The notes beneath the pieces are model-generated. The model saw only the letters and a program-made list of their open reading frames with translations. It was not told the origin of the DNA and made no database searches. Made by a program: the position numbers and the translations under genes. Shown piece after piece: positions 11,225 to 21,749 of a stretch of 34,192 nucleotides of DNA. The stretch's first letter is position 1. Every line of letters begins with the position of its first letter. This stretch comes from Octopus bimaculoides. Taxonomy: Eukaryota. The stretch spans positions 93,928,372 through 93,962,563 of the forward strand of contig NC_068985.1 in assembly GCF_001194135.2 (NCBI RefSeq), written 5' to 3'.

Positions 11225-11623
11225 CCACTGTGCAGAAGAACTTCTGAACCGATGTCTTGAATAGCAGTTTTGTCAAATTAGAAATGCAGGCGTGAGTGCT
11301 GTCGTAATGAAGAAGCATGCCATTGCCGGTCGAGTTCTTTCAGCTTGATTACCGGTCGAGTGAACGTGAAGGTTGACTCCATCATAAGAGCATCCTGTCT
11401 GATGGGCTAATTCCATACTAGATTGGCGTGAATTATCGTAGAAGAGCTCGTTCAAGGTAGCCTTATTGAAATGCATAGGTCAGCCATAAGCATAGAGTCT
11501 GAGAACCTGAATTTTCTTTCCTTCAAGCATCAAAATATTTCTGTGGGCAGCTTTGGAACCTTTACTAAAATCGAAGAGAAGCAGGTGTTTATAACACACT
11601 TTGTTTTCTACTTGGCTCTCCAT
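11225..11623 (-). mobile_element. internally deleted mariner transposase remnant
   Basis: ATG at 11623: MESQVENKVCYKHLLLFDFSKGSKAA...G*PMHFNKATLNELFYDNSRQSSMELAHQTGCS...HVHSTG (N-terminal HTH region). It joins directly to LLHYDSTHACISNLTK/TAIQDIGSEVLLH (the HDNARPH...WEVLPHP region). Confidence 0.8.
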
Positions 11624-12589
11624 CGTCATGTCTGAAAACAAGTAAAACTTATTTAAATGTCAGAATCGATAAACAAAAGTTCTGGAGAAAGAATAAGGCT
11701 GCAGTAAATAAAAAAAAAACAACTTTAGCCATTGCACCAAAAATACTTTTCCTCTTAATTCAAATAACATTGGAACGAAACGAACGAAGTTTGACAATAA
11801 GTTAATACAAATACCAGTTATATACTGGTTTTAATTTAACAACGTACACACATAGATGACACTGAATAAGCTTTGTAGAAATGATGAAAATCAATACTGG
11901 TCATGAAAATGAAATACGATGCAGAAAAATAAAGATATGCCAAGATTTCAAAATGCATCGAGTGTTTATTTTCGATTGGTAATAAATGATAATCACTACT
12001 TGGGTTACATAGGACAAACAATATGCAAAAGACGAGTAACTGGTTAACAAGTTTTTTTCAATTGGGCTTTTCTTTTTTATTAACGGTATTCGCTTTTTGT
12101 TTCGAATGTAGTTCTGTTTCTTTCTCCATTAACATTAAATACACACTAACTTAATGAAATATTATCATTTTGTTAGAAAACAATCAAACTAAGAATACAA
12201 ATAGAATAGACTTACATGCAATGCACACCAGATAAATGAAATATTCTCATTCTGTTCGAGAAAACCATTATCTTCTATTCGCTGCACATTCTAATGGACA
12301 GTGTACATTAGAAATATCTTTTATTAAAATTATTTTGTTTTATTGTTAATGTCAAGATAATGATGGTGTCAAATTGATTGCAGTTAAACTAAATATTGAT
12401 ATTAACCCAATCCTTACAACAATCTTTTATTACAACCGCATGGGTGTGGGGGACGGTTGCGTATGTGGAGACGAAATATAACTGTAATATGGTGAATTCA
12501 ATGTACGGGCAACGTTATACTGAAGCGATATCAAGGCGGACGGTGTATCTTTAATCAATACCGTCAACAATCGTTATCAATACCATCAT

Positions 12590-12636
12590 CGTCTCCACCA
12601 CCGCCACCGCCACCCCCACTACCATCACACCCCACC

Positions 12637-12668
<32 letters not shown>

Positions 12669-12759
12669 TACCATCATCATCATCATCATCATCGTCATCA
12701 TCATCATCAGCATCATCATAACCATATATCATCATAAGCGGCAGTCGTCGTCGTCGTTG

Positions 12760-12801
<42 letters not shown>

Positions 12802-12845
12802 CATCATCATCATCATCATCATCATCACCATCATCATCATCATCC

Positions 12846-12885
<40 letters not shown>
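12590..12885. repeat. compound trinucleotide array (CCA)n-(TCA)n-(TCG)n-(TTA)n-(TCA)n
   Basis: Direct reading; explains the poly-M/I/D/G ORF 12625-12885. Confidence 0.95.
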
Positions 12886-12904
12886 TTATGGTTTCTTTTC
12901 ATTA

Positions 12905-13503
12905 TAATTTTATTTCAGCTGCCTTAGTACCGGGCATCCTCCGGAGGCCAAGAGTAACAAAGTCACTTTTGTTTTCCTCTGCATCCTAAAAATTATCCCC
13001 ACATTTATTCCATTTGAGATGGAGAGTGCTTTCCGTTGTATATGGGCTGTACCCATCAAGGTTATCTTCTGTAGTTCACGGAAATTGGAGTTACCAGGGA
13101 GTTGCTTAATATACTTCTCATCTCCCTTCCTTATCATTCCCAACGCACCAATTACTATTGGTATTGTCGTAATACTAAGCTTCCGCATTTTCGTATTCCT
13201 TTCTTGATACATTTTGATCTTGTGAGACAGACATATCTATTAACAGACAAGTTCCTCTGTTGTAGTCCTCGATCACAATGTCTGGTTGATTGGAGTCAAT
13301 TTTTCTGTCTGTTCTTATTGGGAAGTTCCAAAGGATTGCGACGCCCTCGCCAATAACTACATCCACTGGATGGTGCCTGTACCATTAATCAGGGGATTTA
13401 ATTTTGAAGTATTTACAAGTATTCCAGTGGATGTACTGTCCTAGTCTGTCATGTCTTAGGAGGTACTTCTTTTCAGCGAGGACTGGAAAACCAGAAACTG
13501 CTG
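12905..13503 (-). mobile_element. 5'-truncated R4/Dong-clade non-LTR retrotransposon: restriction-like endonuclease domain plus 3' UTR
   Basis: Minus frames read VSGFPVLAEKKYLLRHDRLGQYIHWNTCKYFKIKSPD*WYRHHP...ILWNFPIRTDRKIDSNQPDIVIEDYNRGTCLLIDMSVSQDQNVSRKEYE...TIPIVIGALGMIRKG...LQKITLMGTAHIQRKALS. These match R4-type RHD...IHW, RPD..D..., and P.V.GALG...GTAH motifs. One stop and one frameshift. Confidence 0.9.
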
Positions 13504-13747
13504 AAAATTACGCCTAGCAAATTATTTTATTTGATAAAAAAAATTGAAATCTATGTATGACCGTAATAAAATAACACAGTAAATGTTTATATTTTTCATT
13601 CCCTTCAAGATTACTCTTCAATGTGGTTTTGGTCGTTTTGACTACTTCTTCTAGCGTGTAAAACTGCTTGTTGAAGGCAGTCTCTCTTGTGTTATGCTAA
13701 TCCACTGGTAGTGAAATTTCTAAAAAACTCGCTACCCTATATTTTAC

Positions 13748-13757
13748 GTATATATAT

Positions 13758-13797
<40 letters not shown>

Positions 13798-13870
13798 GTG
13801 TGTGTGTGTGTGTGAGTGCGTGTGTGTGTGTGTGTGTGTTGGTGTGTGTGTGTGCGTATATATGCGTGTG
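13748..13870. repeat. (TA)/(CA)n/(TG)n compound microsatellite (self-complementary CA...TG)
   Basis: Direct reading. Confidence 0.9.
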
Positions 13871-14075
13871 TCACTTTGTCCCCGCATTCCATTTCACGAC
13901 CGGTGTTGCTTTGTTTATATCACCGTAACTTATTGGTTTGGCTAAAGAGACCGATAGAATACGTACTAGGCGTTGAAGAATTAAGTACTGGATCGATTTA
14001 TACGATTAAAAATTTGTAGAAGGCGTGCCCCAGCATGTCTGCGGTATAATGACTAAAACAATTAATAGATATAAA
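13871..14075 (+). mobile_element. 3' module of SINE family C following its (TG)n spacer
   Basis: 'accgtaacttattggtttggctaaagagaccgatagaatacgtactagg...gccccagcatgtctgcggtataatgactaaaacaa' is the reverse complement of the modules at 16181-16370 and 27924-28100. Confidence 0.7.
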
Positions 14076-14311
14076 GGTAATTAATCTTTGCATATTAATT
14101 TACATTATGATAATGTAATTAGTTAAATGGTGTCCAGTACTGCTTATTTTATACTGGAAGGAAATTAAAACTCAAAACGGCAAGATGACCAGCTGTTTCA
14201 TTGATTCATGTAATTCTAATTAGGCTGACAGTACTTATTTCAGCCATCTTCTAATTATCTCTGGTAACATCTGGTACCATGGGAATGCGTTCCATTATTT
14301 TCAAAACATAA

Positions 14312-14725
14312 GACGGTGAGCTGGCAGAATCGTTAGCACGCCGAGCGAAATGCTTAGCGGTATTTCGTCTGCCGCTACGTTCTGAGTTCAAATTCCGCCG
14401 AGGTTGACTTTGCCTTTCATTCTTTCGGGGTCGATAAATTAAGTACCAGTTACGCACTGGGGTCGATGTAATCGACTTAATCCGTTCGTCTGTTCTTGTT
14501 TGTTCCCTCTATGTTTAGCCCCTTGTGGGCAATAACGAAATAGGTATTTCGTCTGCCGCTACGTTTTGAGTTTAAATTCCGCCGAGGTTGACTTTGCCTT
14601 TCATCATCTCGGGGTCGATTAACTAAGTACCAGTTACGCTCTGGGGTCGATGTAATCGACTTAATCCCTTTGTCTGTCCTTGTTTGTCCCCTCTATGTTT
14701 AGCCCCTTGTGGGCAATAAAGAAAC
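14312..14725 (+). mobile_element. Nin-domain SINE dimer: head + type-B unit + second headless type-B unit
   Basis: Unit 1 14312-14542 and unit 2 14543-14725 repeat 'ggtatttcgtctgccgctacgtt...agccccttgtgggcaataa'. Flanks 'tattttcaaaacata'/'tattatcaaaata' may be a degenerate TSD. Confidence 0.92.
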
Positions 14726-14789
14726 AAATATTATCAAAATAGCTCCTGGTGGTATCAATAAATTTACATTTCCAAATTTTCCATTCAAG

Positions 14790-14915
14790 AATTTTTGGCA
14801 TTCATTCCCACTGCGTGGCACCTTGGGCAAGTGTCTTTTACTATAGCCTCGGGCCGATCAAAGCTTTGTGAGTGGATTTGGTAGACGGAAACTGAAAGAA
14901 GCCTGTCGTGTGTAC

Positions 14916-14951
<36 letters not shown>
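14790..14951 (+). mobile_element. SINE family C core ending in (TA)n, without the 3' module
   Basis: 'cccactgcgtggcaccttgggcaagtgtcttttactatagcctcgggccgatcaaagctttgtgagtggatttggtagacggaaactgaaagaagcctgtcg' then (TA)n 14918-14951. The CORE-like motif is 'ccttgggcaag'. Confidence 0.85.
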
Positions 14952-14953
<2 letters not shown>

Positions 14954-15977
14954 TTGCTGTCGTACCCAGTCCGTTGCACACTGTCCTACTATTTCTGCTA
15001 CTTATAACCTCAAATTCCAGCTTTATACGTCACCTCAGGTATAACATATTGAATATCTTACGCTTTTTTTTTTGCCTTCATAGTATCTAGCGAGAGAAAA
15101 TCATTTTTACACGCCAATCACTTTGAGCACATCCAATTCTGGAAAGACAGCCAAGTTATATAATTATGTAATGCATATTCTTGTCAAATATTTCTCCGAA
15201 AATCAGGAATCATGTTGGTAATAGAAGAAAAGGTCAAAACTATATGTTTAAAGGTTTAGAATTTGGCTTAAAGCAATATATACGTTTGACTCGCAGCCAG
15301 TAACACATTTCTGAATCAATTTATGTCATTATGATCAGATATTTTGAAATTTCTGTCCGAAATCGAAGCATCGCAATATGACCAATGAAAACCACTCGTT
15401 TTCTTGTATGCTAATATACATTTCTACTCAATAACGGGCATGCTAGATATAGCAGTCCATATCAACTTCGAATCGTACCCTATCAGCTTAAAGACAACAC
15501 AGTGTGGGCTTGGGCACGGTTGGCAGGCTTGTAACTGTAGATCTGTTTCATCAAGACAAAACAAAAGCGATGCATATTGATTTGTCGGAAGCGTTCTTTC
15601 AAACACCCGACACTCACACCGTGTTACTTTATTTAAAATGGAAAAAGATGAATGGCACATTAGATAACATACTTCTAGATATAGAATGCTTAAGAAAGAT
15701 ATATTGTAGTTAGAGCATCTTGGACCATAACTTCTGTTTAAAGAAATTTAATTTTGGGTTGTTCAATAACATGGGGAACTTCTATATTAGCGACTCCCAG
15801 TATTTCAGCATCGAGACACTTTTTGTGCCATAGACATTCGACACTGTTTCTGGACAAATGATATAAATATATATTACAGTAAATGTATTGTAACCGTTGT
15901 GTCTAGAATTTCTTAGAGAACGTTTGAATTTTCAATTATCAAATATTGGGAAGTGAAGTTCTGCACACGAACGCTTC

Positions 15978-16156
15978 ATGGCTATGTGGTTAAAATGATT
16001 ACTTTGCAAACACCTAGCTTCGAGTTCGGTCCCGGATCGTAGCACCACAAAGATGTCTTCTATACTTCTAGGCTAGCCAATTCCGTGTGAATGAATTTTG
16101 CTAACAGAAAGTGCATGATGTCCCACCGTGTATACACACACACACACACACACACA
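15978..16156 (+). mobile_element. degenerate SINE family C head/core ending in (CA)n
   Basis: 'atggctatgtggttaaaa...gagttcggtccc...gatgtcttctat...gtgaatgaattttgctaacagaaagtgcatgatgtcccaccgtg'. Confidence 0.6.
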
Positions 16157-16180
16157 TATATATGTATATATATTTTTTAT

Positions 16181-16422
16181 ACTTTTGTTTTACTTGATTC
16201 AGTCACTTGACTGCGGCCATACTGCAGAACTAACTTTAGTCGAGCTATTCTTTGTTATGCTAGTGCTTATTCTATCGGTCCATTCTGCCGAACAGCTAAG
16301 TTACGGGGACGTAGACACACTAACATCGGCTGTGAAGCGTCGGTGGGGAAAATAAACGCAGACACAGAAATATGTACATATATATATATGCATATATATG
16401 TATATATATATATATGTATATG

Positions 16423-16491
<69 letters not shown>

Positions 16492-16652
16492 CAAGTTTCT
16501 TTCTGTTCCCGTCTACCAAATCCACTCACAAAACTTTGTTCGGCCCGAGGCTATAGCGGAAGGCGCTTACCTAAGTTACCACGCAGTGGGACTGAACCCG
16601 GAAGCTTGTGGTTTGAGAAGCAACCTTCTCACCACACAGTCAAGCCCGTGCC
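16181..16652 (-). mobile_element. complete composite SINE family C: tRNA head + core + internal (TA)n + 3' module
   Basis: Head and core 16652-16490, (TA)n 16488-16372, 3' module 16370-16181 ending '...gcagtatggccgcagtcaagtgactgaatcaagtaaaac'. Confidence 0.85.
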
Positions 16653-16659
16653 AGAATAA

Positions 16660-16862
16660 TATATATATATGTATGTGTGCGTGTGTGTGTGTGTGTGTAT
16701 GTTTGTCTGTGTGAATCTTTGCGTTCGTGTTTATTCTCCACTCGCCGCTTAAAATCGTTTGCAAAGTAAACAGATGGAATAAATACTTAACTTTTATCAA
16801 AATAATTTCTTCATGACAGTGCGATAGCATGGCCACAATCCTATGAGTGAAACAAGTAAAAT
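16660..16862 (+). mobile_element. degenerate (TG)n spacer + 3' module of family C
   Basis: Ends 'agcatggccacaatcctatgagtgaaacaagtaaaa', like the other tails. Confidence 0.5.
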
Positions 16863-17310
16863 GGTAACTTTTCGAACAATCAGAGTTGTGACGTACAGGT
16901 TGAGAACGGCTCCCCTACGTATACGATAGATCCATGTTTTTGTCTTAAATGAGAAGAATGTATTAGAAGAACAAAGACCGGAACGTCTTTGATCAAAGAT
17001 CCTCCGTTCGATTAAAACTGACCAAAATCAAATATTTCTCCTTCAACATGATGTCGAATATTTATATCTACAGGCGTACAAATGTACTTTCTAATCGATT
17101 TTATACGTGGCATTACTATATTGTTTGTAAGTTGCATCAGCTATGCTTCTTCTGATATGCTGTTTTCTTATCAACTGACAGCCTCCAGGTTCAGCCACTT
17201 ATTCAGATTGGATATTCAACAATAACATTTATTAAAATTTATACTCAAATGCGATATGCGAGTTTTCACTATTTTGTTACACCATTTCTGAACATATGGA
17301 TTATATCATC

Positions 17311-18045
17311 CTTTATCTTTTACCTGCTTCAGTCGGTGAGCTGCCGCCATGAAGGGGCGCCGACCAGAAGTGTTTAGTCGACTCTAGTAGCCTGGTACTT
17401 ACTCTATCGGTTACCTAATTGCTCTGTCATAAACAAACCAATACTGGTTATCAAGCAGTGGTGGATGTCAAAAGCAAACACAAAGTGACCCTTAAATACA
17501 TTACATATGCATGTATGTGTGTGCAAGAGTGTTCGGGTGTGTATGCGTATCTATCTCTCTCTCTCTCTCTCGCTCTTTCTATATATATATATATATATCA
17601 CAAAATAATGGTACAAAGCAGCGTTCACGTATAATCACAATTTAGTTCGTTCAGAGTTGCCTCTCTTAGGTACATCTCATGGACAAGGGTCAATAAACTC
17701 GAAACATCGGTGTCTGAGATTCCCGAGAGATGGCGATACTGAACGAACGGAGTGTTTTCACATCTTGTTACCATAAGAGAGATTTTTTTCTCCACGGTAA
17801 CCGCAGCGTATTTGCCTTTAGCAGTTGAAATATGTGATAAACATATTTCAGCTAATCTGAATCATGAAAACATACATACGTATATATATTATATACATAC
17901 AATGGGCTTCCACACAGTTTCTGCCTACTCGCAAAGCGTTTGTCGCGGCACTCTATGTAGAAACACTTTCCTAAGGTTCCTCACAGTGAGACAAAACTAG
18001 AAACCACGTTGTTGAAAAACTATCTTCTTAATCACACAGCCATAC
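17311..18045 (-). mobile_element. family C SINE interrupted by about 270 bp of unrelated sequence within its microsatellite spacer
   Basis: 3' module 17311-17490, microsatellite 17500-17598, unrelated 17600-17870, (TA/CA) 17871-17900, degenerate core and head 17901-18045. Confidence 0.55.
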
Positions 18046-18871
18046 ATCATATATTTCCATGGTTACGCTAACAAATTTCATACATAGCTAATGTTTGAAA
18101 GTCTATAATATATCTTTGATCAGTTCGTATATACTTGCTATATAATTACAATTAAATAATTAGGGCGGAAAACAACTGAAGATTTAGTTCAAATCGTGAT
18201 ATTGACAACTTTCACTTTCATTAATCCAAATTCACTGAAATACGAATCAGTCAAATATTGATCGGCTGTAATCATCACCACAAATTCCTTTCTCGATTTG
18301 CATGTTATAAGTATTTCTAATTTTTACTGTGTAGGAAATCATCAATGTAGCATTATCATTTGTACTCACGCAAAACTGTACAATGGGACCCGTAACGAAT
18401 CAATAAGTGTCCATATTATTTCTCTTTACGTTCACGAATGGCCGTAAAAGTATCCGATTTCATTAGAATAAGAGCATGCATATTACGAGTGTTATGGCGA
18501 TCATTTTCTTTCATGCGATTCCGGAACAATCTACCTGCGTAACATTCTGGTCGAGTTTACTCTGTATAGACTCGAATTGACCAGTACAATATATGTGGAA
18601 TTTAAAAGGTGAAAACGGAGTGGTTCCTCCTTAATAACATCGTGCCAGTCACTGGTTATTAATAGACTCACGATTTTAGAGACAGAAAAAAATCTCTCAT
18701 CTTCTATCACTTTTCTTATTTATGTAATGAATGATTCATTTTCCGTTATTTTCTTGCTCCGTTTTGTCTTCCATGTTTCTCGATGAAATAATTTGAATTT
18801 CTAAGTTATTTTTGGGTTGCTCTAACTAAGATATTCAAATGAAGTGGACGAATATAGGAAACATATACATA

Positions 18872-19217
18872 CTTTACTACTCTAGGTACAAGGCCCGAAG
18901 TTTTTAGGGAGGGTGCTAACCGATTAGATCGACTCCAGTGCGCAACTGGAACTTAATTTATCGACTCCGAAAGGATGAAAGTCGACCTCGGCAGAATTTG
19001 AACTCAGAACGTATACACAGATGAAATATCGCTAAGTATTTCGTCCGGCGTGCTAACGTTTCTTATTTCTTTACTGCCCACTAGGGGCTACACACAAAGG
19101 GGACAGACAATGACAGACAAAGGGATGAAGTCGATTATATTGACCCCAGTGAAAGGATGAAAGGCAAAGTCAACTTCAGCGGAATTTGAGCTCAGAACGT
19201 AAAGACAAGCGAAATAC
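18872..19217 (-). mobile_element. chimeric Nin-domain SINE: type-B unit (19217-19064) fused to a type-A unit (19063-18872)
   Basis: Minus strand reads '...agcccctagtgggcagtaaagaaata|agaaacgttagcacgccgg...gggccttgtacctagagtagtaaag'. Confidence 0.88.
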
Positions 19218-19435
19218 ATGATTATGTCGTAATGGTATTTATTTCATCGACTTTGGTGCGACGAATTTGTAGTCTTAAACTGGCGAAATTTAGACTCAGT
19301 GAGGGACCTTAATTTACCATTAATTCTTAATCATTATTATTCTTTAGCACTTCTAACGAGAAATGGAAATTTCTCACAGTAAAGCGGCTTAAAATAAATA
19401 GCAGTCACATCAGTCACACATCACAAGAAACCGCT

Positions 19436-19692
19436 TTAACCCATTCATGCCGATCGTCCGTTTAAACTGACACCTAATCTATAAGGGTATAAAACAAATA
19501 CTTGATACAAATTGTGATTTGTGTATGATCTGTATCAAAGAATGAAATGTGTTCTTAACACATATGCAGTCTGTATCAAACGGATTTCAATGATTTTTTT
19601 TTTTAGTTGTTATGTAGGTCAAAATAATAGTATCTGTGAAAATTTCAGGCAATTTCATTCACTAGAAAAATTTCGACCTGAATGGGGGTGAA
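19436..19692. mobile_element. putative piggyBac-type MITE
   Basis: Left 'ttaa|cccattcatgccgat' and right end 19672-19686 (reverse complement 'cccattcaggtcgaa') match at 12/15. The right TTAA is degenerate ('ggtgaa'). No ORF. Confidence 0.5.
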
Positions 19693-20839
19693 GAGAATAG
19701 GTTTATTTAGTCCGTAATATACGAGAAAAAAGGCATTTTGTCTGCTTCTGTAAACATTTGATCACAGATCTATTTAATTAGAGTTACTCTTAGTCGAAAC
19801 AACGACAACAACAACATCTAATGGTTTTAGCCTAGATTCTAAATTATTTTAGGTGCGAGGAAAACGACGATTAAAGTGACTTCAATTTGTGATTGGAAAG
19901 GAGTATAAATTGGTTTCTCACTAAATAGAAAGATCTATATCTAATAAAAAAAAATTGTTGGTTTAAAAAAGCGTTTAGTAGAAAAACAAGCAAAAAAAAA
20001 TGTGACACCTTCTTCAAGACAAGTTAATGTTTAATATGCAATATATTGCTGAATATTTCTTGCTTCTATTTCGAGCAAAATAAGTGTGGGCGAAAACGTC
20101 GATGTGTAGGTCAGATAAGGTCGAATATTTCCTACCCTTGTTCAATTATTCCCTTTATATTTCATTATTTGATTTTAATAACACTTTCGTGATTCTATTC
20201 TATTATCGTACATATAGAATATAGTAAGACAAACGCCTTCCTTTTGTTTTTTTTTAAAAAAAACAAGTGATTTTATCATCTCAACATCTGCTGCCATACC
20301 GCGTTTTCCATCAGCCTTTAATCTCTCCCTCGCTCCATCATATATAGATATTGTTCTTTCTAGCCTTCATTAAAATAACAATTTTTACAATTTTCAGACT
20401 GTCACAAATTTAACAGGAGGCGTGTAATCGAACAAATCAACTAACAGTTCACTGTATTATTTATTTTATCAATCCGAAAAATAAAATAAATGAAATACAA
20501 AGATGGCAGCGGAAAGATTCTCACTTACAATAAAAAGGAACATAACAAAATACTAAAAAAAACATTTTGGCTAGTATCGAACTGTTCCGACATCTTTGCT
20601 TTCAATGTCCCATTATTAATATTGATATGTTTTACGTTATGCCATGAAATTTTTGGAGTGAATTGTCATCGGTTTTCCCGAATCAAACTGGTAAAACTCG
20701 GTACATGCAATAGAATCCGGAATAAATTTAAATCGCCATTTTTGTGTCATAGTAAATATAAAGACGGAAAGCATCTATCGCTCTCGTCGACCTCTGCAGC
20801 GACGACGTTTGTCTTGCTTCAATATACTAATTGTTTTAA

Positions 20840-21048
20840 GACGGTGAGGTGGCAGAAACGTTAGCACGACGGGTGAAATGCTCAGCGGTATTTCGTCTAT
20901 CTTAACGTTCTGAGTTCAAATTCCACCGAGGTCGATTTTACCTTTTATCTTTTCAGTGTCGATGAATTAAGTACCAGTTGCGTACTGGGTCGATCTAATC
21001 GATTGGCTCCTTTCCCTAAAATTCGGGCCTTGTGCCTAGAGTAAAAAA
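20840..21048 (+). mobile_element. full-length Nin-domain SINE, type-A tail
   Basis: Same head, B-box, Nin core and tail as 10889-11097. Confidence 0.9.
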
Positions 21049-21068
21049 CAATATATAAAGTATTTTAA

Positions 21069-21280
21069 GGCGGCAAACTGGCAGAAACTTTAGAACGCCG
21101 GGCGAAATGCATAACAGTATTTCGTCTGTCTTTACGTTCTGAGTTCAAATTCCGCCGGGGTCGACTATGCCTTTCATCCTTTCGGGGTCGATGAATTAAA
21201 TACCAGTTGCGTACTGGAGTCGATTTAATCAACTGGCCACCTCCCCCAAAATGTCGGGCCTTGTGCCAATGATAGAAATG
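21069..21280 (+). mobile_element. full-length Nin-domain SINE, type-A tail, with probable TSD
   Basis: 'aatatataaagt' occurs at 21050-21061 and 21281-21292, extending imperfectly to '...ttaa'. Confidence 0.9.
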
Positions 21281-21749
21281 AATATATAAAGTGCGTTTAA
21301 TACAGGCATTTAATGATATTTTATTTTTGGTAATTCCACTGTACCTTCCTTTCTAACAGGGAATACACATACTACGATACATAGATGACAATATAACTAG
21401 TAATTTAGCTATTTTTTTCAAGAGCATTGAACTGCAAATTAGTTTTCAATGATTTTAACTCAAGTAGAAAACAGAAATGAGATTCTGCAAGGCATTGTCT
21501 CGCTTATTCCATTCTAGTGGTTTTTAGTAATGTAAAAACAATAAATGAAGTTTTAGAGAGCAAATACTTTGCATCATCTCTTAAAGAGTCGACAGTATAT
21601 CTTATATAACTAACAACCGATTTTTGCTGCTTTCAGTTAGACATATTCTATTTCAAACCACAACTGACAGCGTAATGGGTTCTATTTCGATTCTGTCCAT
21701 GAGAAAATTTTTTTCATTTTAACGATGTAATCCGCGGTGTTTTTTACAG

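Noticed and set aside
12625-12885. Poly-Met/Ile/Asp/Gly ORF (also poly-Leu at 9075 and poly-Tyr/Leu/Asn at 32761-33039)
   Set aside because: Pure trinucleotide microsatellites.
10656-13020. SINE tails derived from the local HERO or R4 3' UTRs (SINE-LINE partners)
   Set aside because: I compared tails A, B, C and D by eye with both 3' UTRs and saw no shared sequence.
14312-14725. CRISPR-like or satellite array (direct repeats with internal palindromes 'gtcgatgtaatcgac')
   Set aside because: Only two ~185-230 bp units of a dispersed eukaryotic SINE; no short repeat-spacer periodicity and no cas genes.
18370-18534. Minus-strand 165-nt segment bounded by 'acgcag|' and '|gtgagt'
   Set aside because: Stops in all three frames and a weak pyrimidine tract; could only be a non-coding exon, and nothing supports that.
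20490-20864. 124-aa + strand ORF
   Set aside because: No recognisable domain, AT-rich non-coding composition, and it ends inside a SINE head.
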